Shown: positions 13,925-27,348 of the stretch, piece by piece
How positions within the stretch are numbered: position 1 is the first letter of the stretch
Layout of the letters: every line of letters begins with the position of its first letter
Assembly (NCBI RefSeq): GCF_006345805.1
Contig: NC_043015.1
Location: forward strand, 11,036,001-11,100,000
Length of the DNA stretch: 64,000 nucleotides
Direction: 5' to 3'
Source: Octopus sinensis
Lineage: Eukaryota
Made by a program: the position numbers and the translations under genes
Notes under the pieces: model-generated
What the model was told of the DNA's origin: nothing
What the model saw: only the letters and a program-made list of their open reading frames with translations
The model's database searches: none

Positions 13925-15140
13925 AGTGGAAATCTTTCTCACGGCGATGATGCGCTTCTCAATATGTGTGACGTACCAATTAAGACATCTTTCATTTCCT
14001 TTTTTGATCATTTCTAGTGTTCCTAAAACCACTGGTGTTGTAACTGCTTTGAGATGCCAGATTTTTTCGGTTTCAATGAGATAAGCTTAATATATTCTGA
14101 GCTTGTCATATTCTTTTGCGAGATAATGTGATCACAAGAAATAGTCGTATCGGTCAATAAACATTTTGGTCTTTTACAACAGCATCTGGCTTCTTAGTTT
14201 TGATGGTTCAGTTACTGTGTACTGGAATCTCTCAAAGAATCGTTGCTTTTTCTTTTTCGGTTACAGTTTACTATTTATACCAGTTGTTAACAGTTTTATT
14301 TTGCAATGCCAACATTTAACTAATGACGATATTGACCAACTCTGCCTTGGTAGTTTCGGTTCAATAAGATATCAACTTGAACAGCTAGGTTGAAGTCTTC
14401 GCCCTCTGCATTTAGCACTGGAATTTGTAGCCCCTGATGGGTGTTTGCTACGGTCCTCAAATTTTCCCTACAGAGATTCCTGCTCCCCTCCAAAGGCAAC
14501 ATTTTTGCGCTAGTTTCTTTGCCATTAAGTATGCCTTCTTGGAACAACAGTTCCCACACTTTCCGCAGGCTAGTTATCATGCATGAAATGAGAACTTGCA
14601 TTTTTGCTTCCCTTTAACACAGAATGAATCTTCTAACACCTCTCATGATTTTCAACGATATTTATCATTCCCTCGTTAGTGTTTTTCAAGATATTGGACC
14701 AGTCCAGGTGTGATGGTTCTGTAATAAACTTTAAATAAGATCAGGTCACTGACTCCTTGGAAGTTAAAGACGATATTATTACACGTCAGTTGCTTACGTA
14801 TTTTTCAATTCATGTCACTGATATTTCAGCTCAACACATAGAAGTTATAAGTAACAACTCGAACTACGAACAAATTTATGGCTCACACCTTGTTGTGTGA
14901 ATTTAGCTCATGTTTCAGAACTACTCGAACACTCCTGTAGCATTCCTTCTTAATCTTGTCTTTCGAACTTGCAGTGCCTTCATCTGTTCCTAAACATTTA
15001 TAAGTTTCTTTCCTGCTCATATTTTTTTACATCTAACATGATTGAATTTGAGGTCTTCAATTTCCCGGTCTGATAAACTTGCTGGCTTCGTGCAAAAATT
15101 TGAACCATTCCTAAAAAAACTGATTGGTCATTTTGTGCCA
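13925..15140 (-). mobile_element. Degenerate RLE-type non-LTR retrotransposon (R2/R4/NeSL/Hero-like superfamily): RT thumb plus restriction-like endonuclease
   Basis: Minus-strand frames give ETYKCLGTDEG..KDKIKKECYRSVRVVLKHELNSHNKV, then KPDAVVKDQ, KEYDKL, EKIWHLKAVTTPVVLGTL and IGTSHILR, i.e. PD-(D/E)xK RLE motifs, with many stops and frameshifts. Confidence 0.8.
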
Positions 15141-15299
15141 AGGTCAGCAGATATGAGAGTAGAGGCTAGTCGTTTACATCGATTTCAGTATTTCACTCGT
15201 TGTTTCCTTTAAGGTCAATGTCGATCTCAACGGGAAATGAAGTTAGACGTAAACAGCCAGAGGAAGGCAGTTTGTGAAACATTTATTAAAAATAGTACT

Positions 15300-15383
<84 letters not shown>

Positions 15384-15709
15384 ATGATAGTAGGAAATAT
15401 AATTCCGAATCTTACAGGGAAAAATTCAATTTAACAATTTTAAATCAAATTTCACAATATATAATAAATGTATATAATTTAGAGACAAGCTTCTATTAAA
15501 TAATTCAATAATGAAAGATGTAGTTTTTTTACTACTATTTACTATTTATTGTACTTTATTGATTTTTAGAATAAGGTTTTTATAGTATATGTTTTCTAAA
15601 AGGTGTGAATAACATCTTTCTTTATTGAATCGTTTAATAGAGGCTTTTTTCTAAATTATATATATATTTAGATATATACATATACATATATATATTCTTT
15701 TTTTACTCT

Positions 15710-15884
15710 CTTATTTGTTTGGATCATTTGACTGCGGCCATGCTGGAGTACCACACTTAGTCGAACAAATCGCCCCCAGGACTTATCCCTTGTAAGCCTA
15801 GTACTTATTCTATCGATCTCTTTCACCAAACTGCTAGGCTACGTGGACGTAAATACACCAACATCGGTTGTCAAGGGATGTTGG

Positions 15885-15947
<63 letters not shown>

Positions 15948-16041
15948 CGTGTGTGTGTGTGTGTATTGATATATATATATATATATAGTTATATATATAG
16001 ATGCAGATTTATGGCTTTAAATGCTTAGAGATCCAATGTTC
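15710..16041 (-). mobile_element. SINE family A 3' half plus flank, near-duplicate of 13118-13415
   Basis: Same diagnostic variants (aaatcgcccccaggacttatcccttgtaagcc) and same flank atagatgcagat.tatggctttaaatgcttagagatcca. Confidence 0.85.
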
Positions 16042-16639
16042 TATATATATATATATAACATCTCTGCTAGTGTTAGTGCAGGTTGTCATAACAAAAACTG
16101 GTGAATAATAAAATTCAAAGAAGAACCAACGAAGCGATGAATGCAAAAATAAAAAGAAAAACACATAAAAATTTAAAGACAATCAATACTTTCTATGAGA
16201 ATAAAAAAACAACTTTACTTTGAAAATTATTACCGTTGATAATAACGATAATCTGCGAGATTTTTGTAGATTATTCTAAGGAAATCTCTGTGGAGTATAA
16301 ATAACGCTGAACTTCTGAAGAAAACATTAACGATCTTTTCTAAAAAATGTGAAATAAAGCAAACGCAGAATCCACGAGATAGAATGTACCTTGTCACCAA
16401 CTCCTGGCAATGTTATTGAATATTTGGTGCTTTCATTGGTGTTTTTCTTTGATGTTCATCAATTCAAATGAATATTGACTATAGTGGAGTAAATGGTAAA
16501 TAAGCAATAGTTATACAGAGTATAATATAGATTCATGTCCTTGTAGACTAACCGAAAAGAATAATAAATAAATAAATATAACCTCGGTGTATACATTAAG
16601 TAGTTGCTTATCAATATGTATCCATTCAGTTTTTTTATG

Positions 16640-16657
16640 CTTATGTATATATACATA

Positions 16658-16695
<38 letters not shown>

Positions 16696-16960
16696 GCATA
16701 CAAAGACACATATGCATATATATGTACGATATATCCATATATACACACACACACACATATATACTATATAAACATATTTATATGTATATATATAAAATAT
16801 ACACTGTATAAACATAGACACACACACACATATATATGTATATATATATCATCATCACAATCATCATCATCATCATATGCGTGTATATAAACACACACAC
16901 ACATATATATATATTATATATGCATGTATGAATGTATGTATATATTTATACGTATATATC
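16640..16960. repeat. (TA)n/(CA)n/(CAT)n microsatellite cluster
   Basis: Direct inspection. Confidence 0.93.
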
Positions 16961-17787
16961 ATCATAAATAATTCATACTATAATGTTCTCTTAAATAACG
17001 GGGTAACATATAAAATAGTGAAGCACACGGTGACATATGGTTATGTATACAAAATTGAATATTATCTTTATACTGTTATGCTCTGCCATAAGTAATAACA
17101 GCCGCCACAAAATTTTTACCGCATCAATACTAAGAGAGATAAAATGATAAATGTATAAAGATATATAAAGATATAGATATGCTATTATTATAACCTGGTA
17201 TTAATTCCGCCTTGAACCGAAGTAAGTTGTGGAATTTCTATAGACGGAAACTGTGTTGAACACCGTATGATTTATTGTGCTTAAAATATCAACCTTGAAA
17301 TACACGCTGTTTCCGCGTATTACTTTACGCGGAATTACTTAGGAATTACTTTAAGTGTTAAAGTGTCTATAGACTGATCATGTACTTCATTCATCAAGTA
17401 CATTAGTGCAGAAAAACCAGTTGGGAAAACAGTTAAAAGAAATAATGTGATATGAAACCCCCAGAGGTCGGGACTAACCAGCTGAAGAAGGAGAACGTGG
17501 AAAAAAATGGAAATGCGCGGTTGTGCCGAAGCATGACCGCAGCCTTGTGCCTGAAATATTTAAAAGAATTTCTACGCACACAGACACGGGAACGCACACA
17601 CGAATACACATGCACGCACACTCATATGGATACATAACAATGGTGATTAAAGTTATGTTTAATCTACGATGTGCAGCCTACTTGAGCTACAAAGACATAA
17701 ACGTGATCAGCACAAAGTTTTGATTTGGCTTGGAGTGTCAGATAATTTTATTTTACACAGGCTGCATAATAATAGATTCCTTCAAAC

Positions 17788-17822
<35 letters not shown>

Positions 17823-18395
17823 CAAATGAAAAGAATGGAGTCGAACGGAGGTTTTAACAAAATTCCTTTACTTTCGACGTATGTTTCGAAGACTGCATAC
17901 TCTTAATTCCGTAATGGTTTTTTTAATATACTGCCACGCTTTTTGATGGAATCCTTTTTTGTAGAGAAAGGGACTTCATCCTATATTGTTAGTAATAAAC
18001 TCACTGCTTGTTACAAGGGGACCGGTAACCATTACAATATGTAGCGGCAATAGGTCAACACGTTGTTCTGAGACTGACCAAGGAATTTTTTATTTTTAGA
18101 TATAAATGATGTACTTAAATGTAGTTGTGTTTTTAATTTCTGATTTTTCCATGATCACATGTGAGTATTTTATTTATGTTCCCTCGTAAGCTCTACTGAA
18201 GAAGAATATATCCTTTATAGGGATTAATTCCGAAATTGATTCAATATAGAGATAACGAAATTTAAATTTTCTAAAGGTTAGTTGCCCGCTTTCAGTTCAA
18301 TTTTCCTGTAACAAGTGGATTATAAGTGGATAAAGCAGTGCATTGGCTATAGAATAACCTTCTTTAGCCCTTAATTATAAGATGTGTCTATATAT

Positions 18396-18672
18396 ATATG
18401 ATCACGTGACCGACCAGACCATCAGATGTTGTTACACATCGCTGGTCACAATGCGTTCGCATTGTTTTAGCCTTCGAATGACGCCACCCCACTGGCAAAG
18501 CAAGCAGGCCAACAGAAGAAAGAGTGGTGAAAGAGTACAGCAGGGGTCACCACCCTCTGCCGGAGAATCGTGGAGCTTTTAAGGTGTTTTCGCTCAATAA
18601 ACACTCACAACGCCCGGTCTGGGAATCGAAACAGCGATCCTACGACCGCGAGTCCGCTGCCCTAACCACTGG
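18396..18672 (-). mobile_element. tRNA-derived SINE (head related to family C)
   Basis: Minus strand reads CCAGTGGTTAGGGCAGCGGACTCGCGGTCGTAGGATCGCTGTTTCGATTCCCAGACCGGG (A and B boxes), followed by a SINE body and tail. Confidence 0.85.
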
Positions 18673-19414
18673 ATATACAAATATGCATATATATATATAT
18701 ATATATATACATCGTTGCAGGAAAGACAGGAACTGTCTCCGGTTTGGTACAGTACACGTTTGTGTGAAATGTTGGACAGCGAAATCGCTTGCACAGAATG
18801 CGAATCCTGTTTCCAATGGTCCGTGCCATACCATTTTCCACCAAAATTCTAAATAGTAAATAACTTATCAGAAAATCATTCTTTATTTCATGTCATTATA
18901 TCAACTAGTTCTTGCCAAAACTATATATGGAAACATATATATATACATATACATATATATATATATATATATGTGTGTATGTGTGTATGTGTGTGTGTGT
19001 TTAAGTGTGTGTGTGTGTGTGTGTGTGTTTGTGTGTACACTCATAGGCACATATACATACACATCACAGGAACGTGTGATAATTGCAAAAACTATGGCAT
19101 TACGATATGTCAGAGATTGTTATATACATTCATCAATTATTATCTCACACGGAACTTTCTAGAACAACGGCTTATGAGACACATTCAACTTGAATAAAAG
19201 CTGAGAAAAGTATCGAAAATATTGTTCAGTAATCACATTTGATCTGCCGAGATCTGTCTGGCGTTTTTCCTCATTTCATTTTGAATATGATATTTGTATG
19301 GCGTTTCAAATCCTTATTATATACTACTATCACCATTACTACTAACACCACCACCACTACTACTGGTATTACTCATGATATTATTATTATTGATGATAAT
19401 AATAATCATCTCTG

Positions 19415-19616
19415 CTAAAGGCATAACGCCTGAAACTTTGGAGAAAGGAACTAGTCGATTACATCGACCCCGATGTTTCAGAGGTACTTAATTTATTGAC
19501 TTCGAAAGGATGAAAATCGAAGTCGACCTCGGCGGAATTTGAACTCAAAACGTATCGACGGGAAAAATTCCGCTAAACATTTCTCCTAGCGTGCCAAGGC
19601 TTCTGAAAGCTTGCCC
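19415..19616 (-). mobile_element. tRNA-derived SINE family B
   Basis: gtcgattacatcgacccc...gaaaggatgaaa..gtcgacctcggcggaatttgaactc is the reverse complement of the 32727 copy. Confidence 0.85.
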
Positions 19617-19884
19617 CTGACATTTCACTTTTGGAATACATTTATGCATAAATACTGATACATATATGTATATGCATCAATGAATGTATGAAACGAAGTC
19701 CTTAGACTTGTTTTCTAGGGCGCCAACAATTGATAGCTCATGATTGCTTTCTCAGTAAGAGCTAACGGTAATCTCCATGAGGTAGTGTGTTGAATGACAT
19801 CACTCTGTTTACTTTGCAAGTTGTGAAATTTGTGCTTTTGTGCAGACGTGGATGCTGCAGTCTGGGACTTTTTCCACAGACAAA

Positions 19885-20112
19885 GACTTGGAAGAAAGAA
19901 CCAACAGGATATTTTGCGTAAAGCCTGAAAACTCTACTTAAGAGACATTGAGCACGCTTCAACCAGCTTACGGCAGTGAGGCAATATGTTGCACGCTATA
20001 TTTCGAGAGTCATTGGCGCTTTAGAAGCGGAATAACGTCTCTGGAAGATGATGAGCGACCTGGAAGCCCTGCCACAAGCGTCACCTCATCAAATGTGGAG
20101 AACTTTCATCTG
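19885..20112 (+). mobile_element. Mariner transposase N-terminal (HTH) fragment
   Basis: DLEERTNRIFCVKPENST*ETLSTLQPAYGSEA...WRFRSGITSLEDDERPGSPATSVTSSNVE, the classic mariner QRxxIKFCVKLGKSATET...RFKxGRTSLEDDERSGRP. Confidence 0.88.
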
Positions 20113-20227
20113 CATGAGTATTGTCTGAGAATAATCATCGACATTAGTGTGGAGGCCGCAAATTATACATTATGTATGTATGGACGTTCTTTCCGATATT
20201 CATTCATTCATTACTTTGAAAATAATG

Positions 20228-20566
20228 TTACATAAGACAGTGCGGACAATACATAGAATAGGATTTCACATTCTTTTGAACCAGATTTTGTATCGTCCTT
20301 CGTAGGTAATTAAAACACGTAGCACAGGTTTCCATTTCTGTTATAGCGTGATAGAGATCTTTGCTGTTAGCTGTATGGTCCAGAACCGTGCCCGCCTTTG
20401 CTGCCTCAGCATAGGTTTCCAGCATATCCATATTACGAAAGAGTACTAATCGAACAGGTTCCTCGGTTTGTTTATGGTCCTTTTTAATTAAATCCGAACT
20501 CAACTTCGCAAGTACAAAACCTCTTTTACAAACATATAGTCGATGACCTGGGTATTTTTGCAGCAA
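20228..20566 (-). other. Unassigned stop-free 112-codon ORF with protein-like composition
   Basis: Non-repetitive ORF in the track. No family recognised with confidence; only a faint hAT-like spacing ending in YCPHCL. Confidence 0.25.
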
Positions 20567-21488
20567 TATTCAAAGGAGATTTGGAGAATATATCAGGCAT
20601 AGTGTCACTTAAGTACCCACTTGTGTTCAACATGAATGTTAGTTTGGGTTTATCGCATTTATGATTTGAGATACTGCTTAAGGTTATCATTTGAGCACAA
20701 TCAACCCAGCAAATTCTTTCTATACAAAACTACAGATAAATATATATTCCAGTGTAGCGAAGACTAGTGAACTTCCTCTCGCTATTATATATACGTACGT
20801 ACCAACGTGTCAGTTAACAGCTAACCTTTGGTCGATTTTTTGGACCCTGTTGGTATTGGCGCAATTTGTCTCTCTCCCTATCGTGCGCCAATATGCAACC
20901 TAACCAATTGCAGCCTGCTCTAAACTCCATTTGAGCCTACCGTGAGCGATAAAATCTCGGGGTCTTTTAGTTCAGGATCTCCTAAGAGCAAACTACTGAC
21001 CACATTACAGCGACCTCCATTTTCGTCGCCACCATCATGTCTCTCACTAACATCGGCAACAACATCTCTACACGGCACCGACAACACTGCACAGGTTCTA
21101 ACATGTCGCTATTCGTCAGCTTCCTCACTAGGGTTAACAGCAAACATACAACCCAAGCAGATATTTAGAATATGAATAAATATTCATCAACTACTTCCAT
21201 TTCTCATTCAGCTTGTTTATATATACATGTGGTTGGCATTAAAGACTCTTAAAGTTATCGCCTTGTTCCATGTAATTCTTTATACTGTGTTTCTGTCAAA
21301 TGATATTGATGTCTTCTGAGTAGAGTCGCATTTTGTGGCGCCACAACATAAACATCTAACCAGTATTTATATTATACATATATATATATATATAGGGAGA
21401 GTGAGAGAGAGAGAGAAAGACAGCGAGCGAGAGAGAGCTAGCTAGCTAACCAGATAGATAGATAGATATAAAATCCATCCATACATAC

Positions 21489-21528
<40 letters not shown>

Positions 21529-21984
21529 CATAGTTCATTGATCAAGTACGCAACACGCCGCGTGATGCAAGGGGTAATATGTGTATTTGTGTACACATGC
21601 TTACATATTTCTGATGGGAAAAGAAAATAGACTTATTATAGTCGTTCTATTCTGCACAACAGAACAAATTAAACACTTGAACATGTGTAGTGGGGAATTG
21701 TTTCCAATAGATATAACAGCGGTGTGATATAATCAGCAGCTTTGTAAGCTAGATAAAGAGTAGCACAAGGTTTTCATTTACACTAGATAATGCCAGTTAC
21801 AAGTACTGTCTAAAATACAGTCAAAAGATCGAATATATAAGTCAAACTCAATGTCAAGAAGCTATTCAGTAACTATCGAGTAAGTATAATGCTGTTAATG
21901 TTAATACGTATGTGTGCAGGAGTGTACTTATTTGTATGTATAGGTCCATATACTTGGACGTGTGCGTGAGAGCGTATATACATG

Positions 21985-22372
<388 letters not shown>

Positions 22373-23081
22373 ACTCTGCCAAGAATTCACAACAACCTCA
22401 AATACAAAAGAGTAAAGAAATGAGAGACAGAGCGCGCGCGAGAGAGAGAGAGACAGGTAAAAACAAGGGAAATGCCACTTGTAGTTGAATACAATGGACA
22501 TATTCTTTTAAAAATACTTCTCATTTAATTTATTCAAAATTTAAATATTTTCCATCTTTACAGTTGAAGACTTCTCAGTAACTGAAACAGGTACTGAAAT
22601 GTTTTTTATGAAATGATTTTAGCATTTTCTACCTTGACTTATGTGTTTTTCCATATGTGTATCTCCACTGTCCTGTTTTTGATCCCAACTTTGACTCTCT
22701 ATAAATCCCAAATTTTATTTTAGTATTTATGGTAGCAACTTCCTTCGAAGACTCATATTCTCGTTCAATGCTTTAAATTAGGAGTAGGTAGACAACTGAT
22801 GAAGGGTTGTACTTTATATTACTTGTCCTGTTTTCCGTTTGTCTATCTCGTTGTTTGCGTATTGAACTCATTTGCCTCCGTATTTCATGTTGTTTACCAT
22901 TAATGAGGTCCTGTACCCATATAAGCATGTGTGTATATATACACACATACATATATATGTGCATGTATGTATATACAAGAGCACTAACGAACTTGCATGA
23001 AATTCTTTTGATCCATACATAACCCCCAATAAACCTCTTGGATGCCCTTGTTTCCTTCGTCCGCTCACCCATATATATATA

Positions 23082-23275
23082 TAACTCCAGTAATTTGGTA
23101 CGATCGTTTCGCACAACATAATTTTATTAAATGTTAAAATGCTGAGCACTCATCAGCCATTAATGGAAACCCTCTATTAATGGCGGATGAGCGCTCAACA
23201 TTTAAAAACCGTTGTAATACTTACAACATTTAATAAAATTATGTGTGAAACGATCGTAACAAATTACTGGAGTTA
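23082..23275. mobile_element. Fully palindromic MITE-like element (~194 bp)
   Basis: Termini taactccagtaatttg / caaattactggagtta; the arms pair up to a central 11-nt loop (23165-23175). Confidence 0.8.
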
Positions 23276-23391
23276 TTCTTGTTGCTTATTTTGATTATAA
23301 TCACCCCATGGATTTATATGGATAACACCATAGAGAATTCTGGTGCATCTAACATAAGTACCATATTCATTTGAATCTAAATTTTGCTGAA

Positions 23392-23457
<66 letters not shown>

Positions 23458-23644
23458 GTGTGTGTGTGTGTGGTGTGTGTGTGTGTGTGTGTGTGTCTGT
23501 GTGTGTGTATGTGTGTGTGTGTGTTAGTGTGTGTGTATGGGAAAACTTAATTAAAAATTTACTATATGTGTGTGTATAAATGATAAAACTTACAATATGT
23601 GTAAATATATATTTCCATATACCTTGGTTTTGCATTGGTTCCGA

Positions 23645-23875
23645 CAACGAGTGTTCCAGTTAATCCGATTAACGGAAAGCCTGGTCAAGAAATTAAGGAG
23701 TAAGTGGGTGGACAACCCATTGACACCAGTAGCTGTTTCTTAGTTCAAAGTGAGGTACATTGTGACAGAGAATGTGACAAGGCCGGCACTCTGGAGTACA
23801 GGTACAACTGAAGTTTTGGCAGCTGAGTAGACTGCAGCAACGTGAAGCACAGTGTCTTGCTCAGGGACACAACGT
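23645..23875 (-). mobile_element. SINE family C body
   Basis: gcagctgagtagactgcagcaacgtgaagcacagtgtcttgctcagggacacaacg is the reverse complement of the 10731 body. Confidence 0.75.
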
Positions 23876-24765
23876 GTCTGTATAATATATATATATATAT
23901 ATTATATATATAATATATATATATATATTATGCATACGTGTGTGAGTGTGTAACTGTTCGTAAATATTGGGAAAGTTCCCTTCAGCCACCAGTCGGATTC
24001 TCTTTAAGTAGTTGCTAAGTTCTTTCAGGAATAACTCGACTAATTGTGAATGATATTCGGATTCCCCAGCAACATACGTTAGGTAGGGTAACATTGCATC
24101 AGCCTTATTTCGAGAACTAAAGAACTTGACGCAGTATCATACATTTGTTTCAATTAATTCGTGAGGCTCTCTTGCAGACATTTAGTTAGAACATCAACAA
24201 GGTCGAAAGTATGCTAGAAATAGCTACAGCTTTTCACTCAAACGACAATCTTTGGTGTCCGAAACAATATCTATTCGCTAATACTAATCTAAATAAAATG
24301 CGCCTTTAAAAAATACAAAGAGAGTAATGTCTGGACTGGTTGTATTCAAAACTATGTAAACTATGCCAAAAAAATACAAGGCTTCATTTTGGGATTTAGC
24401 TAACACAGACTAATTTTACATTTGTAACTAAAGAAAAGACTTGCATATGTTTATTCTTCCATTCAGACGAATCAGCCGGGCAATTTGTATGTATGTATGT
24501 ATGTATTTATGTATGTATGTAGATGTAAACTTGTCTGAATGTGAAGAAGTATGCTGACCTAGCACATGACATTGATTTCAGTCTTATTATATGAACCGGG
24601 CTGACCGAAGTCATGCGAGTAGATTTGGTCGAAGACAACCCGGAGATTGAATCGAATCCACATCTCTTATTTTCGTCGCAGCTTTTTATGTGTCCGATTA
24701 TTAGACTATTTTCTATAGTCAATACACGGTGAAAACCTACATTTACAGTTTTCACTCAGGCAGGC

Positions 24766-24820
<55 letters not shown>

Positions 24821-26673
24821 TATATATTTATTTATTTATTTATTATATATATATATAATGTGTGTGTGCGTGTGTGTGTGTGTGTGTTCATATGTGGTTG
24901 TTTTTGTGTAGATGTGTGTGTTAAATACTGAAGTGCTTTGCTTGCGTGCGCTTCTAGAGCACCAGTTGTTATGCATCATGAAAATTATTTTGTTTCATTA
25001 TTGAGTACATACCTCCTTTTCGCACCGCATATTTCATTAAATATTAATACTGTTAATATTGCAAATGATAAGCGATTTTTAATGCTATAGATGTTTGAAA
25101 TATATACGCTGTAATTAAATATGCCTTCATGGAAAAATTTGCTTAACATTATCTATAACTTTTGTATCATAATGTATAAGAATTATTATAATATGGGTAC
25201 ACTTATTAATGTATTTATGTGTATCTAAACATGTATTTTGAAATATAAATTTCAATAATAAACAATTAGTGATTAAAAAGAGACATGATAGAGTTAATAA
25301 AATAAAGAAAATGTAATTTCGTTACAGATGCATAGTCACTCTTGTCAGTTTATAATTGAAAGTAGGCTGAATGAAAAGATAAATAAAAAAAATGGGATAA
25401 AACATGTGGAATTTTCCATTTACATATAAATATTTCATTGGGATTTGATTTAATCGTATTATATATTACCGATTTTTTCTTTCTATTAGCTTAGACAAAT
25501 TTTCATAAAATTAAATCTATCTCTTCTTCCCCTACAAAATGTAAACAAAATTTGTTATAATAATGATTAAACAAATTCAATTTGCGGTTTCGTTTCATTT
25601 AAGTGCGTTTTTTTTTATTGTAATTTTTTTTCTTACTTTTTTTTTCTTTTTGTTGCTAGATGGGTGGAGATTAAACACTAGAAGGATTATGTAAATGATT
25701 GGCTGCTAAGAAAAATCGTTATAAATAAGAATAGTCTAGACTTAACAAATTTTCAATTTTCAATTAAGAGAATACTTATTTGATATAATAGTAGTTTCGT
25801 TTGATATAACTTTCCCTGTAATATTGCTCATAAAATTCTTTGCTTTATCTTCCAATTTTTACATTATTACAAAATACTGCATGGGCTAAGGTGTTTCACA
25901 CGAATTAATTTTTGAAGTAATAAGGTTTCCAAATGTTTGCATTTATTTTTTATTGATTTTCTTGCCAAGAGAACAATACGTAATTAAGAAAGAATGGGCT
26001 TCATACACAGGCTGCGATTATTCCTAAGATACGCTTTGATTTTTCCTTAGATACACTTTGATTATTTCTTGCATGCACTCTTAAATATGTTATTGATCGT
26101 AGCTATGTATTACTTTAGTCATATTTTAACCACAATAGGTTGCTTTTATTAAAATATGAAACTTGATGGCAGTTAACAAATTATAGTTTTATTTAGATTC
26201 AGCAACAATACCTCTGCAATCATTGCTGTTATGTTAAGCTGTCATATGACCAAACTTGGCCAAATGCGTTTTTATCGATATTTGTTTTTGCTTACAATAG
26301 TCGTTTCTTTTGGTCAAAATACCCTATCCACACCTACTTCAGATGTCAAGATATCAAACATTGTCAAAATGTAATACAACGGTTTTACTATGGGATGGTG
26401 ACATTACTTTTTCGTTTTCTGAAAAAGCAACGTTTTGGACCTACGACAGTTTTCCATAACAGCAACATATATAATTGCTAATTAACCCCACTCAGACAGA
26501 TGAAATTAACTAAACACCGGACTGAAAATATGTATGAAAGTTTCATCACTTTCTATTCGACATTATTCTGAGTTGAGCATAGCGAGAATAATTAATTTCT
26601 GAATTAGAAACTTGCACTAAAAATACTAGAACACTTCTTTAAAGGAAACTACAAGCAGGCTCGCATTAATTCT

Positions 26674-27348
26674 TTTCTACTCGTGGAACAAGACCCGAAA
26701 TTTTGGGCGAAGGGAACAGTCGATTAGATCAACCCTAGTACGCAGCTGGTACTTATTTAATCAACCCCGAAAGAATGAAAGGCAAAGTCGACTCAGCGGA
26801 ATTTGAACTCAGATCATAAAGACAGAAGAAATACATATTTCTTTACTACCCACAAGGAGCTAAATACAGAGGGGATAAACAAGGACAGACAAACAGATTA
26901 AGTCGATTATATTGACCCCAGTGCGTAAATGGTACTTATTTAATCGACCCCGAAAGAATGAAAGGCAATGCAGACTTCGGCATAATTTGAACTCAGAACG
27001 TAGCAGCAGACGAAATACCGCTAAGCATTTCACCCGGCGTGCTAACGTTTCTTATTTCTTTACTGCCCACAGGGGTATGAACATAGAGGGAACAAACAAG
27101 GACAGGCAAAAGTATTAAGTTGATTACATCGACCCAGTGCGTAACTGGTACTTAATTTATCGACCCCCAAAAGATGAAAGGCAATGGCGACCTCGGCCGA
27201 ATTTGAACTAAGAACGTAACGGCAAAAGGAATACCTATTTCTTTACTACCCACAAGGGGCTAAACACAGAGGGGACAACGTAGTGGCAGAAGAAATGCCG
27301 CTTAGCATTTCGCCCGGCGTGCCAACGTTTCTGCCAGCTCGCCGCCTT
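26674..27348 (-). mobile_element. Composite of four family-B SINE units flanked by a 17-bp target-site duplication
   Basis: aggctcgcattaattct at 26657-26673 and 27349-27365; internal units restart at tatttctttact (about 26837, 27053 and 27236). Confidence 0.88.

Noticed and set aside
17873-17985. Minus-strand HHR candidate (GAAACAUACGUC)
   Set aside because: The CUGANGA core is absent and stems I and II are not restorable by eye.
26674-27348. CRISPR-like or satellite array
   Set aside because: The repeats are SINE bodies of variable length with no unique spacers; the context is eukaryotic.
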